From the NCBI GenBank assembly GCA_964531885.1, contig CAZHFS010000001.1, positions 1-37,933 of the forward strand: a stretch of DNA of 37,933 nt. The letters run 5' to 3'. Under the pieces are notes generated by a model that was given only the letters and a program-made list of their open reading frames with translations, searched no databases and had not been told where the DNA came from. The DNA comes from an uncultured Propionivibrio sp. (GTDB lineage Bacteria > Pseudomonadota > Gammaproteobacteria > Burkholderiales > Rhodocyclaceae). Position 1 is the stretch's first letter. Each line of letters opens with the position of its first letter. Shown one piece after another: positions 28,936-37,933 of this stretch. The position numbers and the translations under genes are program-made.

Positions 28936-29172
28936 TCAGCTCTTGGTCTTTTCCTTGACCTCGCCCTCGATGGTCTGCCCACCGGTCACCTGCTGCTGCG
29001 GCGGCACCGGCTCAGCCGGCTTGGCTTCGGTGTTCGCGTCCTTCATCCCGTCCTTGAAGCCTTTCACTGCGCCACCCAGATCCTCGCCAATGTTGCGCAA
29101 TTTCTTGGTGCCGAAAATCAAGACGACGACAACGAGAACGATGAGCCAATGCCAGATACTTAACGAACCCAT
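28936..29172 (-). CDS. tatA: Twin-arginine translocase TatA
   Basis: [40 protein letters not shown]. Confidence 0.97.
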   Translation of the reverse strand: MGSLSIWHWLIVLVVVVLIFGTKKLRNIGEDLGGAVKGFKDGMKDANTEAKPAEPVPPQQQVTGGQTIEGEVKEKTKS

Positions 29173-29185
29173 GAATCACTCTCCC

Positions 29186-29536
29186 TCAGAGACGCTTGAG
29201 CATCGGCCCGACCGGATCTGGTCCGCCGACGATATGTGCATGCACGTGCGGCACTTCCTGTCCGCCGACACGCCCAGTATTGATGATGACACGAAAACCG
29301 TCCGGACTCCCGTTCTCGACAGCGATCGAATTGGCCACGGTCAGCAGTCGGCCAAGCAAAGAGGCATCGGCGGGCGTCGCCTCGGCCAGCGAGGTGATGT
29401 GCCGCTTGGGAATTGCCAGGACATGCAGCGGGCGAGCGGGGTGGATATCGTGGAAAACGAGGATATCGTCATCCTCATAGACTTTGCGTGACGGAATTTC
29501 GCCACGCACGATGCGGCAGAAGAGGCAGTCGTCCAT
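29186..29536 (-). CDS. Histidine triad (HIT) nucleotide-binding protein
   Basis: DCLFCRI, HVLAIPK, GQEVPHVHAHIVGG. Confidence 0.94.
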   Translation of the reverse strand: MDDCLFCRIVRGEIPSRKVYEDDDILVFHDIHPARPLHVLAIPKRHITSLAEATPADASLLGRLLTVANSIAVENGSPDGFRVIINTGRVGGQEVPHVHAHIVGGPDPVGPMLKRL

Positions 29537-29538
29537 GT

Positions 29539-29865
29539 CTACTTGGCCGTTCGCGAGTTCTTTTCATCGATCCCGGAAATGCCCTCGCGCCGACGCATCT
29601 CCTGGGAAACATCCTCGATACTCATGCCGTAGAAGGCGAGCAAAACCAGCACGTGGTAAACCAGGTCGGCCGATTCGCGCACGATGTTCAGGCGCTTGCC
29701 TTCTTTCCCGGCCATGATGAGCTCAGCGCTCTCCTCACCAATTTTCTTGAGAATCGAGTCCGGACCGCCAGCGAACAGTTTGGCGGTGTAGGACGTTTCG
29801 GGATCGGCATGACGCCGCGAAGCAAGGGTATCGGAGAGGCGATGCAGAATGTCGTGGGTGGTCAT
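29539..29865 (-). CDS. hisE: Phosphoribosyl-ATP diphosphatase
   Basis: [23 protein letters not shown]. Confidence 0.96.
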   Translation of the reverse strand: MTTHDILHRLSDTLASRRHADPETSYTAKLFAGGPDSILKKIGEESAELIMAGKEGKRLNIVRESADLVYHVLVLLAFYGMSIEDVSQEMRRREGISGIDEKNSRTAK

Positions 29866-30266
29866 TTGGTGTATATATCCCTGGGGTCTTTCAAAATCGG
29901 ATCGGCAGGCACCCAGCGCTCACCCGCCAGCTCGAGGAAAAAACAACTCTCGCGCCCGGTGTGACAGGCGATGCCACCAACCTGTTCGATGGACAGCAGA
30001 AGGACGTCGCCGTCGCAGTCGGTGCGTATCGAATGCACCTTCTGCACGTGGCCTGACTCTTCGCCCTTGCGCCACAACCGCTGCCGCGAACGCGACCAGT
30101 ATACCGCGTTACCGGTACGCACCGTCTCTTGCAGTGCGTCGCGATTCATCCAGGCGACCATGACCACCCGAGCGCTCTGCGCATCCTGGGCGATTGCCGG
30201 CATGAGCCCATCGTCCCCCCAACGCAGAGCATCAAGCCAAGGCTGAGTCACATCGAGATCCGCCAT
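29862..30266 (-). CDS. hisI: Phosphoribosyl-AMP cyclohydrolase
   Basis: [28 protein letters not shown]. Start MADLD at 30266. Confidence 0.95.
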   Translation of the reverse strand: MADLDVTQPWLDALRWGDDGLMPAIAQDAQSARVVMVAWMNRDALQETVRTGNAVYWSRSRQRLWRKGEESGHVQKVHSIRTDCDGDVLLLSIEQVGGIACHTGRESCFFLELAGERWVPADPILKDPRDIYTK

Positions 30267-30309
30267 CAGGCCAATCCCTTTTGAACCGGCTTGCCGATGG
30301 GAGCGACAC

Positions 30310-31071
30310 TCACAGGCGCACCTCGATACCGCGCTGGCGCATGTACTCCTTGGCCTCGCGGACAGTGTATTCGCCAAAATGAAAAATGCTCGCCGCCAGC
30401 ACCGCATCGGCGCCGCCCAGGCTGACGCCTTCGGCCAGATGTTCAAGATTACCGACACCGCCCGAAGCGATGACCGGAATATCGACGGCGTCAGCGACCG
30501 CACGCGTCAGCGCCAGGTCAAAGCCGTTCTTGGTTCCATCGCGATCCATGCTGGTGAGCAGGATTTCGCCAGCGCCCAACAGTTGAACACGGCGCGCCCA
30601 TTCAACGGCATCAAGCCCGGTTGGCGTCCGGCCGCCGTGGGTAAACACCTCCCATTTGCCAGGAGCAATCTGCTTGGCGTCGATCGCCACCACGATGCAC
30701 TGATTGCCGACTTTGGCCGACGCCTCGGCAACGAGGTCCGGATTATTGACTGCGGCGGTGTTCATGCTCACCTTGTCCGCCCCGGCATTGAGCAGGCGGC
30801 GCACATCGGCAACGGCACGCACACCACCACCGACGGTCAGCGGAATGAACACCTGCGAGGCACAGGCCTCGACGATGGAGAGGATGATGTCGCGCTGGTC
30901 GGAAGACGCCGTGATATCGAGGAAAGTCACTTCGTCGGCGCCCTGCTCGTCGTAACGCCGGGCAATCTCGACCGGATCGCCGGCATCGCGCAACTCAACG
31001 AAATTGGTACCTTTGACGACCCGACCGGCGGTCACGTCAAGACAGGGGATGATGCGTTTGGCGAGTCCCAA
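30310..31071 (-). CDS. hisF: Imidazole glycerol phosphate synthase cyclase subunit
   Basis: [35 protein letters not shown] start. Confidence 0.96.
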   Translation of the reverse strand: MGLAKRIIPCLDVTAGRVVKGTNFVELRDAGDPVEIARRYDEQGADEVTFLDITASSDQRDIILSIVEACASQVFIPLTVGGGVRAVADVRRLLNAGADKVSMNTAAVNNPDLVAEASAKVGNQCIVVAIDAKQIAPGKWEVFTHGGRTPTGLDAVEWARRVQLLGAGEILLTSMDRDGTKNGFDLALTRAVADAVDIPVIASGGVGNLEHLAEGVSLGGADAVLAASIFHFGEYTVREAKEYMRQRGIEVRL

Positions 31072-31104
31072 ATCGGCTACCGCTTTCTCAAAAATAAAAA
31101 CGAA

Positions 31105-31848
31105 TCACGCTGCGCCAAGGCGATCAGCCTCGGCCTGTGCGGCGGCGAAATCGAGCGACCCATCGTAGATTGCCCGCCCGGCGATGGTGCCGACCACCCC
31201 GTCGCTCTCGACGGCGCACAGATTGCGGATGTCGTCGAGGTTGGACAGCCCGCCCGAAGCAATCACCGGAATACGCAAGGACTGAGCCAGGCGCACCGTA
31301 GCTTCGATGTTGATGCCGGTCAGCATGCCATCGCGCCCAATATCGGTATAGATGATGCTCTCGACGCCGTAGTCCTCGCACTTTTTGGCGAGATCGATGA
31401 CATCGTGTCCGGTCAGCTTGGACCAGCCATCGACCGCAACCTTGCCGTCCTTGGCATCGAGGCCAACGATGATCTGCCCGGGGAAGGCACTGCAGGCATC
31501 GCGCAAGAAGCCTGGGTTCTTCACCGCCGCCGTACCGATGATCACGTAACTCACGCCATCATCGAGGCAACGCTCGATGGTGTCGAGGTCGCGAATGCCA
31601 CCGCCGAGCTGCACGGGGATCTCGTCCCCGAGCGCTGCCACGATTTCCTTGATCGCGCTCTCGTTCTTTGGCTTACCGGCAAAAGCACCGTTCAGGTCGA
31701 CGACATGCAGACGACGAGCCCCTTGCGCCAGCCAATGGGCAGCCTGCTCGCCCGGGCTGTTCGAAAAAACGGTGGCCTCATCCATGAGCCCTTGCTTAAG
31801 ACGGACGCACTGCCCATCTTTCAGGTCAATCGCGGGAATGATCAACAT
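31105..31848 (-). CDS. hisA: ProFAR isomerase
   Basis: [38 protein letters not shown]. Confidence 0.97.
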   Translation of the reverse strand: MLIIPAIDLKDGQCVRLKQGLMDEATVFSNSPGEQAAHWLAQGARRLHVVDLNGAFAGKPKNESAIKEIVAALGDEIPVQLGGGIRDLDTIERCLDDGVSYVIIGTAAVKNPGFLRDACSAFPGQIIVGLDAKDGKVAVDGWSKLTGHDVIDLAKKCEDYGVESIIYTDIGRDGMLTGINIEATVRLAQSLRIPVIASGGLSNLDDIRNLCAVESDGVVGTIAGRAIYDGSLDFAAAQAEADRLGAA

Positions 31849-31941
31849 GGTGGAAACGAGTTGTGGTTAGGAAAATGAAGAGAAATAAATACACGCTAGG
31901 GAGATCCTGCTACGCCCGTACTACCTCAACAACGTCGAAGC

Positions 31942-32580
31942 TCAGGGTCGCCAATCGATAAAATTGGCCAGCAGGGCCAACCCGGCCCGAGCACTTTTTT
32001 CCGGATGGCACTGGATGGCAAAAATATTATCCCGCGCTACCGCACTGGTAAAGGGGATGCCGTAGTCCGTCTGACCAACGGCGACTTCAAGTGACGTCGG
32101 CGCAACGTGGTAACTATGCACGAAATAGAACCGGGCACCATCGTCGATACCCGCCCACAGAGGGTGAGAGCGAACCTGACGCACTTCGTTCCATCCCATA
32201 TGCGGCACTTTCAGACGTGCGCCGTCAGGGCCGGACATGCGTTCGGCGGGAAACCGGACCACCTTCCCGGCAAAGACGCCAAGGCCCGGCACATCGCCCT
32301 CGGCACTGTGTTCGAACAACATCTGCTGACCGATGCAGATCCCAAGGAATGGTTTGTCGCGTGCCGCATCCAGGACTGCCTGACGCAAATTGCGTAAATC
32401 GAGTTCGTGCATGCAGTCGGGCATAGCCCCCTGCCCAGGAAACACGACCCGTTCGGCCGTACGCAGTTCTTCCGGATCCGAGGTGACGACGACCTCGCGC
32501 CCGCCTGCCACGTGCACCAGCGCCTGCCACACCGAGCGCAGATTGCCCATGCCGTAGTCGATAACGGCAATCTTGCCCAT
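31942..32580 (-). CDS. hisH: Imidazole glycerol phosphate synthase glutaminase subunit
   Basis: IDYGMGNLRSV, PGQG, GICIG, VPHMGWN, QCHPEKS. TGATG overlap with hisB. Confidence 0.96.
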   Translation of the reverse strand: MGKIAVIDYGMGNLRSVWQALVHVAGGREVVVTSDPEELRTAERVVFPGQGAMPDCMHELDLRNLRQAVLDAARDKPFLGICIGQQMLFEHSAEGDVPGLGVFAGKVVRFPAERMSGPDGARLKVPHMGWNEVRQVRSHPLWAGIDDGARFYFVHSYHVAPTSLEVAVGQTDYGIPFTSAVARDNIFAIQCHPEKSARAGLALLANFIDWRP

Positions 32581-33167
32581 CACAGCGCGCCCTTGGTTGA
32601 CGGCACCCGGCCAACGCTGCGCGCGTCAAGCTCGACGGCCATGCGCAAAGCCCGGCCAAACGCCTTGAACACACTCTCCGCCTGATGGTGCGCATTCTCG
32701 CCACGCAAATTGTCGATGTGCAGCGTAATCAGGGCATGGTTGACCAGGCCCTGGAAAAATTCGCGCACCAGGTCGACATCAAAGGCGCCGATCGTTGCGC
32801 GTGTGAAAGCCACCCCGAACACGAGTCCGGGCCGCCCCGAAAGATCGACAACAACACGTGACAAGGCCTCATCAAGCGGCACATAGGCGTGACCGTAGCG
32901 GTTGAGTCCCTTTTTATCTCCGAGCGCACTTGCCAGCGCCTGCCCCAAGGTAATGCCGATATCTTCGACCGTATGGTGCGCATCGATGTGCAGATCCCCC
33001 TTGGCTTCGATCTCGAGATCGAATTGGCCGTGACGGGCCACTTGCTCAAGCATGTGGTCGAGAAAGGGAACACCGCTCGCGAAACGGCACTGGCCGCTCC
33101 CGTCAAGATTGAGACGGACTCGCACCTGGGTTTCGAGGGTGTTTCTGCTGATATCGGCTTGCCGCAT
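32580..33167 (-). CDS. hisB: Imidazoleglycerol-phosphate dehydratase
   Basis: [37 protein letters not shown]. True start MRQAD at 33167. Confidence 0.96.
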   Translation of the reverse strand: MRQADISRNTLETQVRVRLNLDGSGQCRFASGVPFLDHMLEQVARHGQFDLEIEAKGDLHIDAHHTVEDIGITLGQALASALGDKKGLNRYGHAYVPLDEALSRVVVDLSGRPGLVFGVAFTRATIGAFDVDLVREFFQGLVNHALITLHIDNLRGENAHHQAESVFKAFGRALRMAVELDARSVGRVPSTKGAL

Positions 33168-33246
33168 GTAAACCCCGTGAAGATTGATTCTTGCTGAAAG
33201 CAACGTTACGCGACGAAGTCCTGCCGCACAACGGTGGCACCAGCGC

Positions 33247-33256
33247 ATGATACCAT
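33247..33256. promoter_or_regulatory. Overlapping divergent extended -10 elements (hisB/hisC)
   Basis: ATGATACCAT reads TGa-TACCAT on + and TGg-TATCAT on -. Confidence 0.45.
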
Positions 33257-33293
33257 CTTGGATTCCCTCTGCACCCCTTGCTGTGAGCCACAC

Positions 33294-34391
33294 ATGAGCC
33301 AATACTGGAGCGCACTCGTCCACACGCTGACCCCGTACGTACCGGGCGAGCAGCCAAAACTGCCCAACCTCGTCAAGCTCAACACGAACGAAAACCCTTA
33401 CCCGCCGTCCCCCAGCGCCCTGGCCGCAATGCAGGCTGAGCTTGGCACCGACGCCGCGCGCCTGCGCCTTTATCCGGATCCGAATTGCGACCTGCTCAAG
33501 CACGCTGTCGCCGAGCATTTCGCCGAACACGGTATCGTGCCTTCTCAAGTTTTCGTCGGCAACGGCTCGGATGAAGTCCTCGCTCACGTCTTCATGGCCC
33601 TGCTCAAGCACGACAAACCGCTCCTGATGCCGGATATCAGCTACAGCTTCTACCCGGTGTATTGCGGCCTGTACGGAATCACCCAGACGTCCGTACCGCT
33701 CGATGCGGAGTTTGCCATCCGGATTGACGACTATCTCGCGCTCGCCGACCACTGTGGAGGGGTCATCGTTGCCAACCCCAACGCACCAACCGGCCGCCCC
33801 TTGCCGCTCCGGGAAATTGACCGCCTGTGCGCCGGACTCCCACAGGCCGTGGTGGTGGTCGACGAAGCCTATGTGGATTTTGGCGGCGAATCCGCCATTG
33901 CCCTGATCGCCCGTCACCCCAACCTGCTCGTGGTGCGCACACTATCCAAGTCGCACGCCCTGGCCGGGCTGCGGGTTGGCTATGCGCTCGGTCAGCCCCC
34001 CCTGATCGAGGCGCTCGAACGCGTCAAGAACAGCTTCAATTCCTACCCGCTCGACCGCCTGGCGCTGGTCGGCGCCGCCGCCGCACTGGCCGACCGGGAC
34101 TGGCTGGAGACGACACGCCAGGCCGTCATCGACACGCGCAACCGACTCGTCGAAGCACTCGAATCCATGGGGTTTTCCGTTTTGCCTTCGGCGGCCAATT
34201 TCATCTTTGCCCGCCATCCAGAACACGACGCGGCGCAACTGGCAGCAGCGTTGCGTGAACGCAACATTATCGTTCGCCATTTCCGCCAAAAGCGCATCGA
34301 GCAGCACCTGCGCATCAGTATCGGCACCGATGCCGAATGCGCGGCACTGATATCCGCACTCACCGCGATCCTGGCGACACAGGCCAGCTGA
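33294..34391 (+). CDS. hisC: Histidinol-phosphate aminotransferase
   Basis: [51 protein letters not shown]. Start MSQYW at 33294. Confidence 0.93.
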   Translation: MSQYWSALVHTLTPYVPGEQPKLPNLVKLNTNENPYPPSPSALAAMQAELGTDAARLRLYPDPNCDLLKHAVAEHFAEHGIVPSQVFVGNGSDEVLAHVFMALLKHDKPLLMPDISYSFYPVYCGLYGITQTSVPLDAEFAIRIDDYLALADHCGGVIVANPNAPTGRPLPLREIDRLCAGLPQAVVVVDEAYVDFGGESAIALIARHPNLLVVRTLSKSHALAGLRVGYALGQPPLIEALERVKNSFNSYPLDRLALVGAAAALADRDWLETTRQAVIDTRNRLVEALESMGFSVLPSAANFIFARHPEHDAAQLAAALRERNIIVRHFRQKRIEQHLRISIGTDAECAALISALTAILATQAS

Positions 34392-34398
34392 CAATTAC

Positions 34399-35847
34399 TT
34401 ACGCCGCCGGCAGGAGCAGTTGTAAGCGCAAACCTCCCGGCGGCGAGACGCCCAGTTCCAGCGAACCACCATAGAGCCGTACCAGCTCATCGACAATCGC
34501 CAGCCCGAGGCCACTCCCGGCGACACGCTCATCGACCCGCTCGCCGCGCCGCAAGACCCGGGATCGTGCTTCAACGGGGATACCGGGGCCATCGTCGTCC
34601 AAGGTCAGCGCCAGGGTTTCTCCATCGCGGACGTAGGCCAGCCGCACCTCCGTCCGCGCCCACTTGCCGGCGTTATCGAGCAGATTGCCGAGTATTTCCT
34701 GCAGATCTTCCGCCTCGCCGCGGAAAGTCGCCCCGACATCGCCCGCCACATGAAACGTTAGCCCCCGCTGCGCATGTACCCGTTGCATCACGCGCACCAA
34801 GCCCTCAACCACCTGCGCCACCGGCGTTCTCACCCCGGGCATGCGCACCGCGGCCGCTGCGCGCGCCCGGCGCAAATGGTAATCGATCTGACGGCGAGCG
34901 ATTTCCACTTGCCCGACGATCAACTGGCCGGCCTCGCCGGACAACCCTTGCGCACTATTGGCGATGACGCTTAGCGGCGTCTTCAAGGCATGCGCCAGAT
35001 TGCCGGCCTGGGTACGGGCCCGCTCGACGACCTCGGCATTCTGGCCAAGAACGCTGTTGAACTCGGCGACCAACGGCTGCACTTCACCCGAAAAATCACC
35101 CTCCAACCGCACTGCCTCGCCTGCCCGTACCGCTACCAGTGCGCGGCGTAAACGCCGCAGCGGGCGCATGGCAATCCATACCTGCAGCAGTGCGACCGCC
35201 GCCAATCCTGCGCCGAGTACCCCAAGGAATAGGCGCAGCATGCCGGCGAAATTCTCCACCGGCTCAGCGACCAGCCGCTCGTCGGCGGCAACGACCAGGA
35301 GGATGCGCCTTCCCGCGCCTGGGCCATTGTCATCCTCGAGCGTCACCACACGCTCGAGCGCGCCGAGCATCGTCCCGCGCGGACCGGCCAGGCGACGCGC
35401 ATGAACCTCGCCATCAACGGGCACACTGAAATCGGGCTCGAGGAGCACATCCCACAGGGAGCGCGAACGCAGCGCCCGGCGCGGGCTATCCGGCGCACGC
35501 TCAAGCGGCTCGACCTGCCAGTACAGGCCTGAATAAGGCTGACCGAAACGCGGATCGCTTTCCTCGGCGGAAAGTCTCGGCAGACCCGCGGCATCGAGCG
35601 ACAGATGCGATGCCAGTGAATCAAGATGCAGCCGCAATTCGGCGTGGAACTGACGGGTCACATGCTGATGGAAAAGCCCGGACAATGCCCAAGCGGCCAC
35701 GGTGAGCGCCAGGGCAATCGACACCAGGGTGCCAAGCAGCAGACGCAAGCGCAGCGAACTGCGCAGGGCGACCCATTCGTTTGCGCGCATCCCCGCGCCC
35801 AATTCCTGTTTTGTCGCCTGAGCAGACGCACTGTCCGCGGTCGTCAT
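34399..35847 (-). CDS. Sensor histidine kinase (PhoQ/CarS/BqsS-like)
   Basis: Two TMs, H-box LAHALKTPL, N-box GNLLDNA, DDDGPGI, GSGLGLAI. ATGA overlap with the RR stop. Confidence 0.93.
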   Translation of the reverse strand: MTTADSASAQATKQELGAGMRANEWVALRSSLRLRLLLGTLVSIALALTVAAWALSGLFHQHVTRQFHAELRLHLDSLASHLSLDAAGLPRLSAEESDPRFGQPYSGLYWQVEPLERAPDSPRRALRSRSLWDVLLEPDFSVPVDGEVHARRLAGPRGTMLGALERVVTLEDDNGPGAGRRILLVVAADERLVAEPVENFAGMLRLFLGVLGAGLAAVALLQVWIAMRPLRRLRRALVAVRAGEAVRLEGDFSGEVQPLVAEFNSVLGQNAEVVERARTQAGNLAHALKTPLSVIANSAQGLSGEAGQLIVGQVEIARRQIDYHLRRARAAAAVRMPGVRTPVAQVVEGLVRVMQRVHAQRGLTFHVAGDVGATFRGEAEDLQEILGNLLDNAGKWARTEVRLAYVRDGETLALTLDDDGPGIPVEARSRVLRRGERVDERVAGSGLGLAIVDELVRLYGGSLELGVSPPGGLRLQLLLPAA

Positions 35848-36509
35848 GCGCACGCCATGCGATAGCCAAGACCGCGTACCGTCTCGATTGCACCATCCGG
35901 CAGCTTCTTGCGCAAACGGGCAACGAACACCTCGACGGTATTCGAATCGCGGTCATTGTCCTGCGCGTAGATATGCTCGATCAGTTCGCTGCGCGAAACG
36001 ACCTGTCCCGGCCGGTGCATCAGGTAAGCGAGAACGCGGTACTCGTGCGCAGTCAGTGGCACCACCTGACCGGCGACCTGCGCCTGGCAACGCCGGGTGT
36101 CAAGGACAACCGCCCCACAGCGCAATTCGGCGCTGGCATGCCCGCCGGCACGGCGAATCAAGGCGCGCAGGCGAGCCAGCAGTTCTTCCAGGTGGAAAGG
36201 TTTGGTCAGGTAATCGTCGGCACCCGCATCGATCCCCGCGACCTTTTCTGGCCAGCCATCGCGCGCGGTCAGGATCAGCACCGGCATCGCGCACGCGGCC
36301 GCACGCCAGGCCTTGAGCACGCTCACCCCATCCATCTGGGGCAGCCCGAGATCGAGCACCACGGCATCGTAGGGGGCTTCCAGATCACCACCGAGATGCA
36401 AGGCATCGACGCCGTTTGACGCATGATCGACGGCATACCCGGCACCGCCCAGCGCCTCGCGCAACTGCGCGGCCAGGGTAGGCTCATCTTCAACGATCAG
36501 GACACGCAT
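35844..36509 (-). CDS. OmpR/PhoP-family response regulator
   Basis: MRVLIVEDE from ATG 36509, VLDLGLP, LTARD, DYLTKPF, SNTVEVFVARLRKK, TVRGLGY. Confidence 0.95.
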   Translation of the reverse strand: MRVLIVEDEPTLAAQLREALGGAGYAVDHASNGVDALHLGGDLEAPYDAVVLDLGLPQMDGVSVLKAWRAAACAMPVLILTARDGWPEKVAGIDAGADDYLTKPFHLEELLARLRALIRRAGGHASAELRCGAVVLDTRRCQAQVAGQVVPLTAHEYRVLAYLMHRPGQVVSRSELIEHIYAQDNDRDSNTVEVFVARLRKKLPDGAIETVRGLGYRMACA

Positions 36510-36879
36510 CAGGATCCTTTTCAACACAATACCCCGGCCGGGAGCCTTGACCACGCCGGGCCACCAGCGAGCCATCCGCCGCATCGACCCAGACTTTGAC
36601 CAGCGCCCCGCCCGGGCGCAGTAATTTGATTTCGTAAAGCCAGCGCCCGCGGTGGCGTTCGAGTTCAATCCCCAGCACCTTGCCCGGCGCCTGCCGCTCA
36701 ACGCGTTCAAGAACCTCCTTGAGCGGCAGAATCTCCCCCGCAGCAAGCGCCTCACGGGCTTTTTCGTGGTCATGCCGATCGACCGCCCCCGCTTCCGTCA
36801 AGAGCAGCAGCAAGACTGCAACTAGGGTCGCACGCCATGGGATTAGCCGCCGGAGAAGGTCAGGTCGATAGGAAAGCAT
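36490..36879 (-). CDS. PepSY domain periplasmic protein
   Basis: Signal-like N-terminus; DHEKAREALAAGEILPL...GKVLGIELE...YEIKLL...VDAADG. Confidence 0.85.
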   Translation of the reverse strand: MLSYRPDLLRRLIPWRATLVAVLLLLLTEAGAVDRHDHEKAREALAAGEILPLKEVLERVERQAPGKVLGIELERHRGRWLYEIKLLRPGGALVKVWVDAADGSLVARRGQGSRPGYCVEKDPDACPDR

Positions 36880-36902
36880 GAGGTATTTTTAACCCAAACA
36901 GG

Positions 36903-36941
36903 CTGAACACGGGATGAACGCGCCGTTCAGCCTCGGTTCAG
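36903..36941. promoter_or_regulatory. Two back-to-back OmpR/PhoP-type tandem boxes
   Basis: + strand GTTCAG-cctcg-GTTCAG (36925-36941); - strand GTTCAT-cccgt-GTTCAG (36919-36903); 11-bp period. Confidence 0.7.
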
Positions 36942-37007
36942 GGAGCTCGATGCATAGTAGCGCATGCCACCCTCGGCGACGACTCCCATCCTCAAGGATG
37001 AATCACG

Positions 37008-37933
37008 ATGAACACCCAAACCAGAACCCTGCTTGCCGGCCTGCTCACCCTCTTCGGCGCCGCCTGGCTGCATGTCTTTCTCGCCACCAGTTTTCCTGAA
37101 AACGCTGCCGCGCTGTGGATCGCCCGCCAGCATGGAATGTATCTCTCCGGCATCCTGTCGATGGCCCTGATGTCGCTGGTCATGGTGCTCGCCGCCCGCC
37201 CGGCCTGGCTAGACGCTCCCTTGGGCGGAATGGACCGCATCTACCGCCTGCACAAGTGGGCAGGCATCCTGGCCGTCCTGCTCGGCGCGGCACACTGGGG
37301 GCTCAAAGAGTCGTTCCCGCTCATCAAGGGGCTGATCGGCATGGCCGGACGGCTGCCCAAAGTACGTCACGACGGGCTGCTCGCGACATTGCGCAAACCC
37401 GCCGAAGCCATGGGCGAATGGGCGCTCTACCTGATACTGGCGATGGTGCTCATCACACTCTGGAGGCGTTTCCCGTACCATCTGTGGCGTCACGTGCATC
37501 GTCTCATGCCGGTCTTCTACCTGATGCTGGTCTTTCATGGCATCGTCCTCACCCCGACGCATTACTGGCTGCATCCAGTCGGCATCCTGCTGGGCATCGC
37601 CCTGGCTGCGGGCACCTGGGCCAGCGTGCTTTCGCTGTTCGGCCGCATCGGCAACAGCCGGCGTGCGCGCGGCACAGTCATCGCCGTACACAGTGCAGAC
37701 GGGGTCACCGAAGTCACCTGCCGGCTTGACGAGCGCTGGAACGGACACCGCCCCGGTCAGTTCGCCTTCCTCGCCTTCGACCGCATCGAGGGACATCACC
37801 CCTTCACCATCGCCAGCGCGAGCAACGACCAGCGCACCATCACGTTCTGCATCAAAGCACTCGGCAACTTCACCCGTCGCCTGCCGCACACTGTGCATGT
37901 CGGACAGGAGGTCAGCGTCGAAGGCCCTTACGG
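37008..37933 (+). CDS. Ferric reductase-like transmembrane protein with FAD-binding domain (truncated by window edge)
   Basis: Not in the ORF track. Manual translation from ATG 37008: MNTQTRTLLAGLL...LGGMDRIYRLHKWAGI...WRHVHRLM...FHG...HRPGQFAF...HHPFTIAS...VEGPY. Confidence 0.88.
   Translation, partial: MNTQTRTLLAGLLTLFGAAWLHVFLATSFPENAAALWIARQHGMYLSGILSMALMSLVMVLAARPAWLDAPLGGMDRIYRLHKWAGILAVLLGAAHWGLKESFPLIKGLIGMAGRLPKVRHDGLLATLRKPAEAMGEWALYLILAMVLITLWRRFPYHLWRHVHRLMPVFYLMLVFHGIVLTPTHYWLHPVGILLGIALAAGTWASVLSLFGRIGNSRRARGTVIAVHSADGVTEVTCRLDERWNGHRPGQFAFLAFDRIEGHHPFTIASASNDQRTITFCIKALGNFTRRLPHTVHVGQEVSVEGPY

Noticed and set aside
30379-31878. 499-aa plus-strand ORF
   Set aside because: Antisense shadow of hisF and hisA.
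33168-33917. 250-aa N-terminal extension of HisB (445-aa ORF), suggesting a bifunctional HisB
   Set aside because: The extension is antisense to hisC and lacks a HAD phosphatase motif; HisB is monofunctional from 33167.
36510-36773. Extended response regulator or PepSY-RR frameshift fusion
   Set aside because: The receiver domain starts cleanly at 36509, the upstream frame is Arg-rich junk over PepSY, and no slippery site was seen.
1-37933. CRISPR arrays, tRNA/rRNA, transposases, integrases, known defence genes
   Set aside because: No spaced direct repeats, cloverleafs or recognisable motifs found by eye; nearly all sequence is explained by the listed CDSs.

Overview
High-GC chromosomal window from a betaproteobacterium; gene order and protein sequences suggest Rhodocyclales (inference). 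Housekeeping genes are rpe-gph-trpE, sucCD, hisBHAFIE-HIT-tatABC with a divergent hisC, nif3/degQ, MATE, two peptidases and an MCP. The best candidate for an under-described system is a six-gene minus-strand operon (3141-11736): PP2C phosphatase, double-FHA protein, CHASE2 adenylate cyclase, MBL-fold cNMP phosphodiesterase, GAF-PilB/GspE ATPase and GAF-HD-GYP. It has no pilus structural genes and no kinase, and may link phospho-Thr, cAMP and c-di-GMP signalling to an orphan motor ATPase. Signals missing from the ORF track include a 25-aa Trp-rich leader upstream of trpE, a structured orphan non-coding element at about 24620-24817, mirrored GTTCAG-N5-GTTCAG boxes between a PepSY-RR-HK operon and a ferric-reductase-like gene, a terminator-like hairpin between tatA and tatB, and overlapping divergent -10 elements at hisB/hisC. 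No tRNA, rRNA, CRISPR array or transposase was seen. All family calls come from motif recognition, not database searches.
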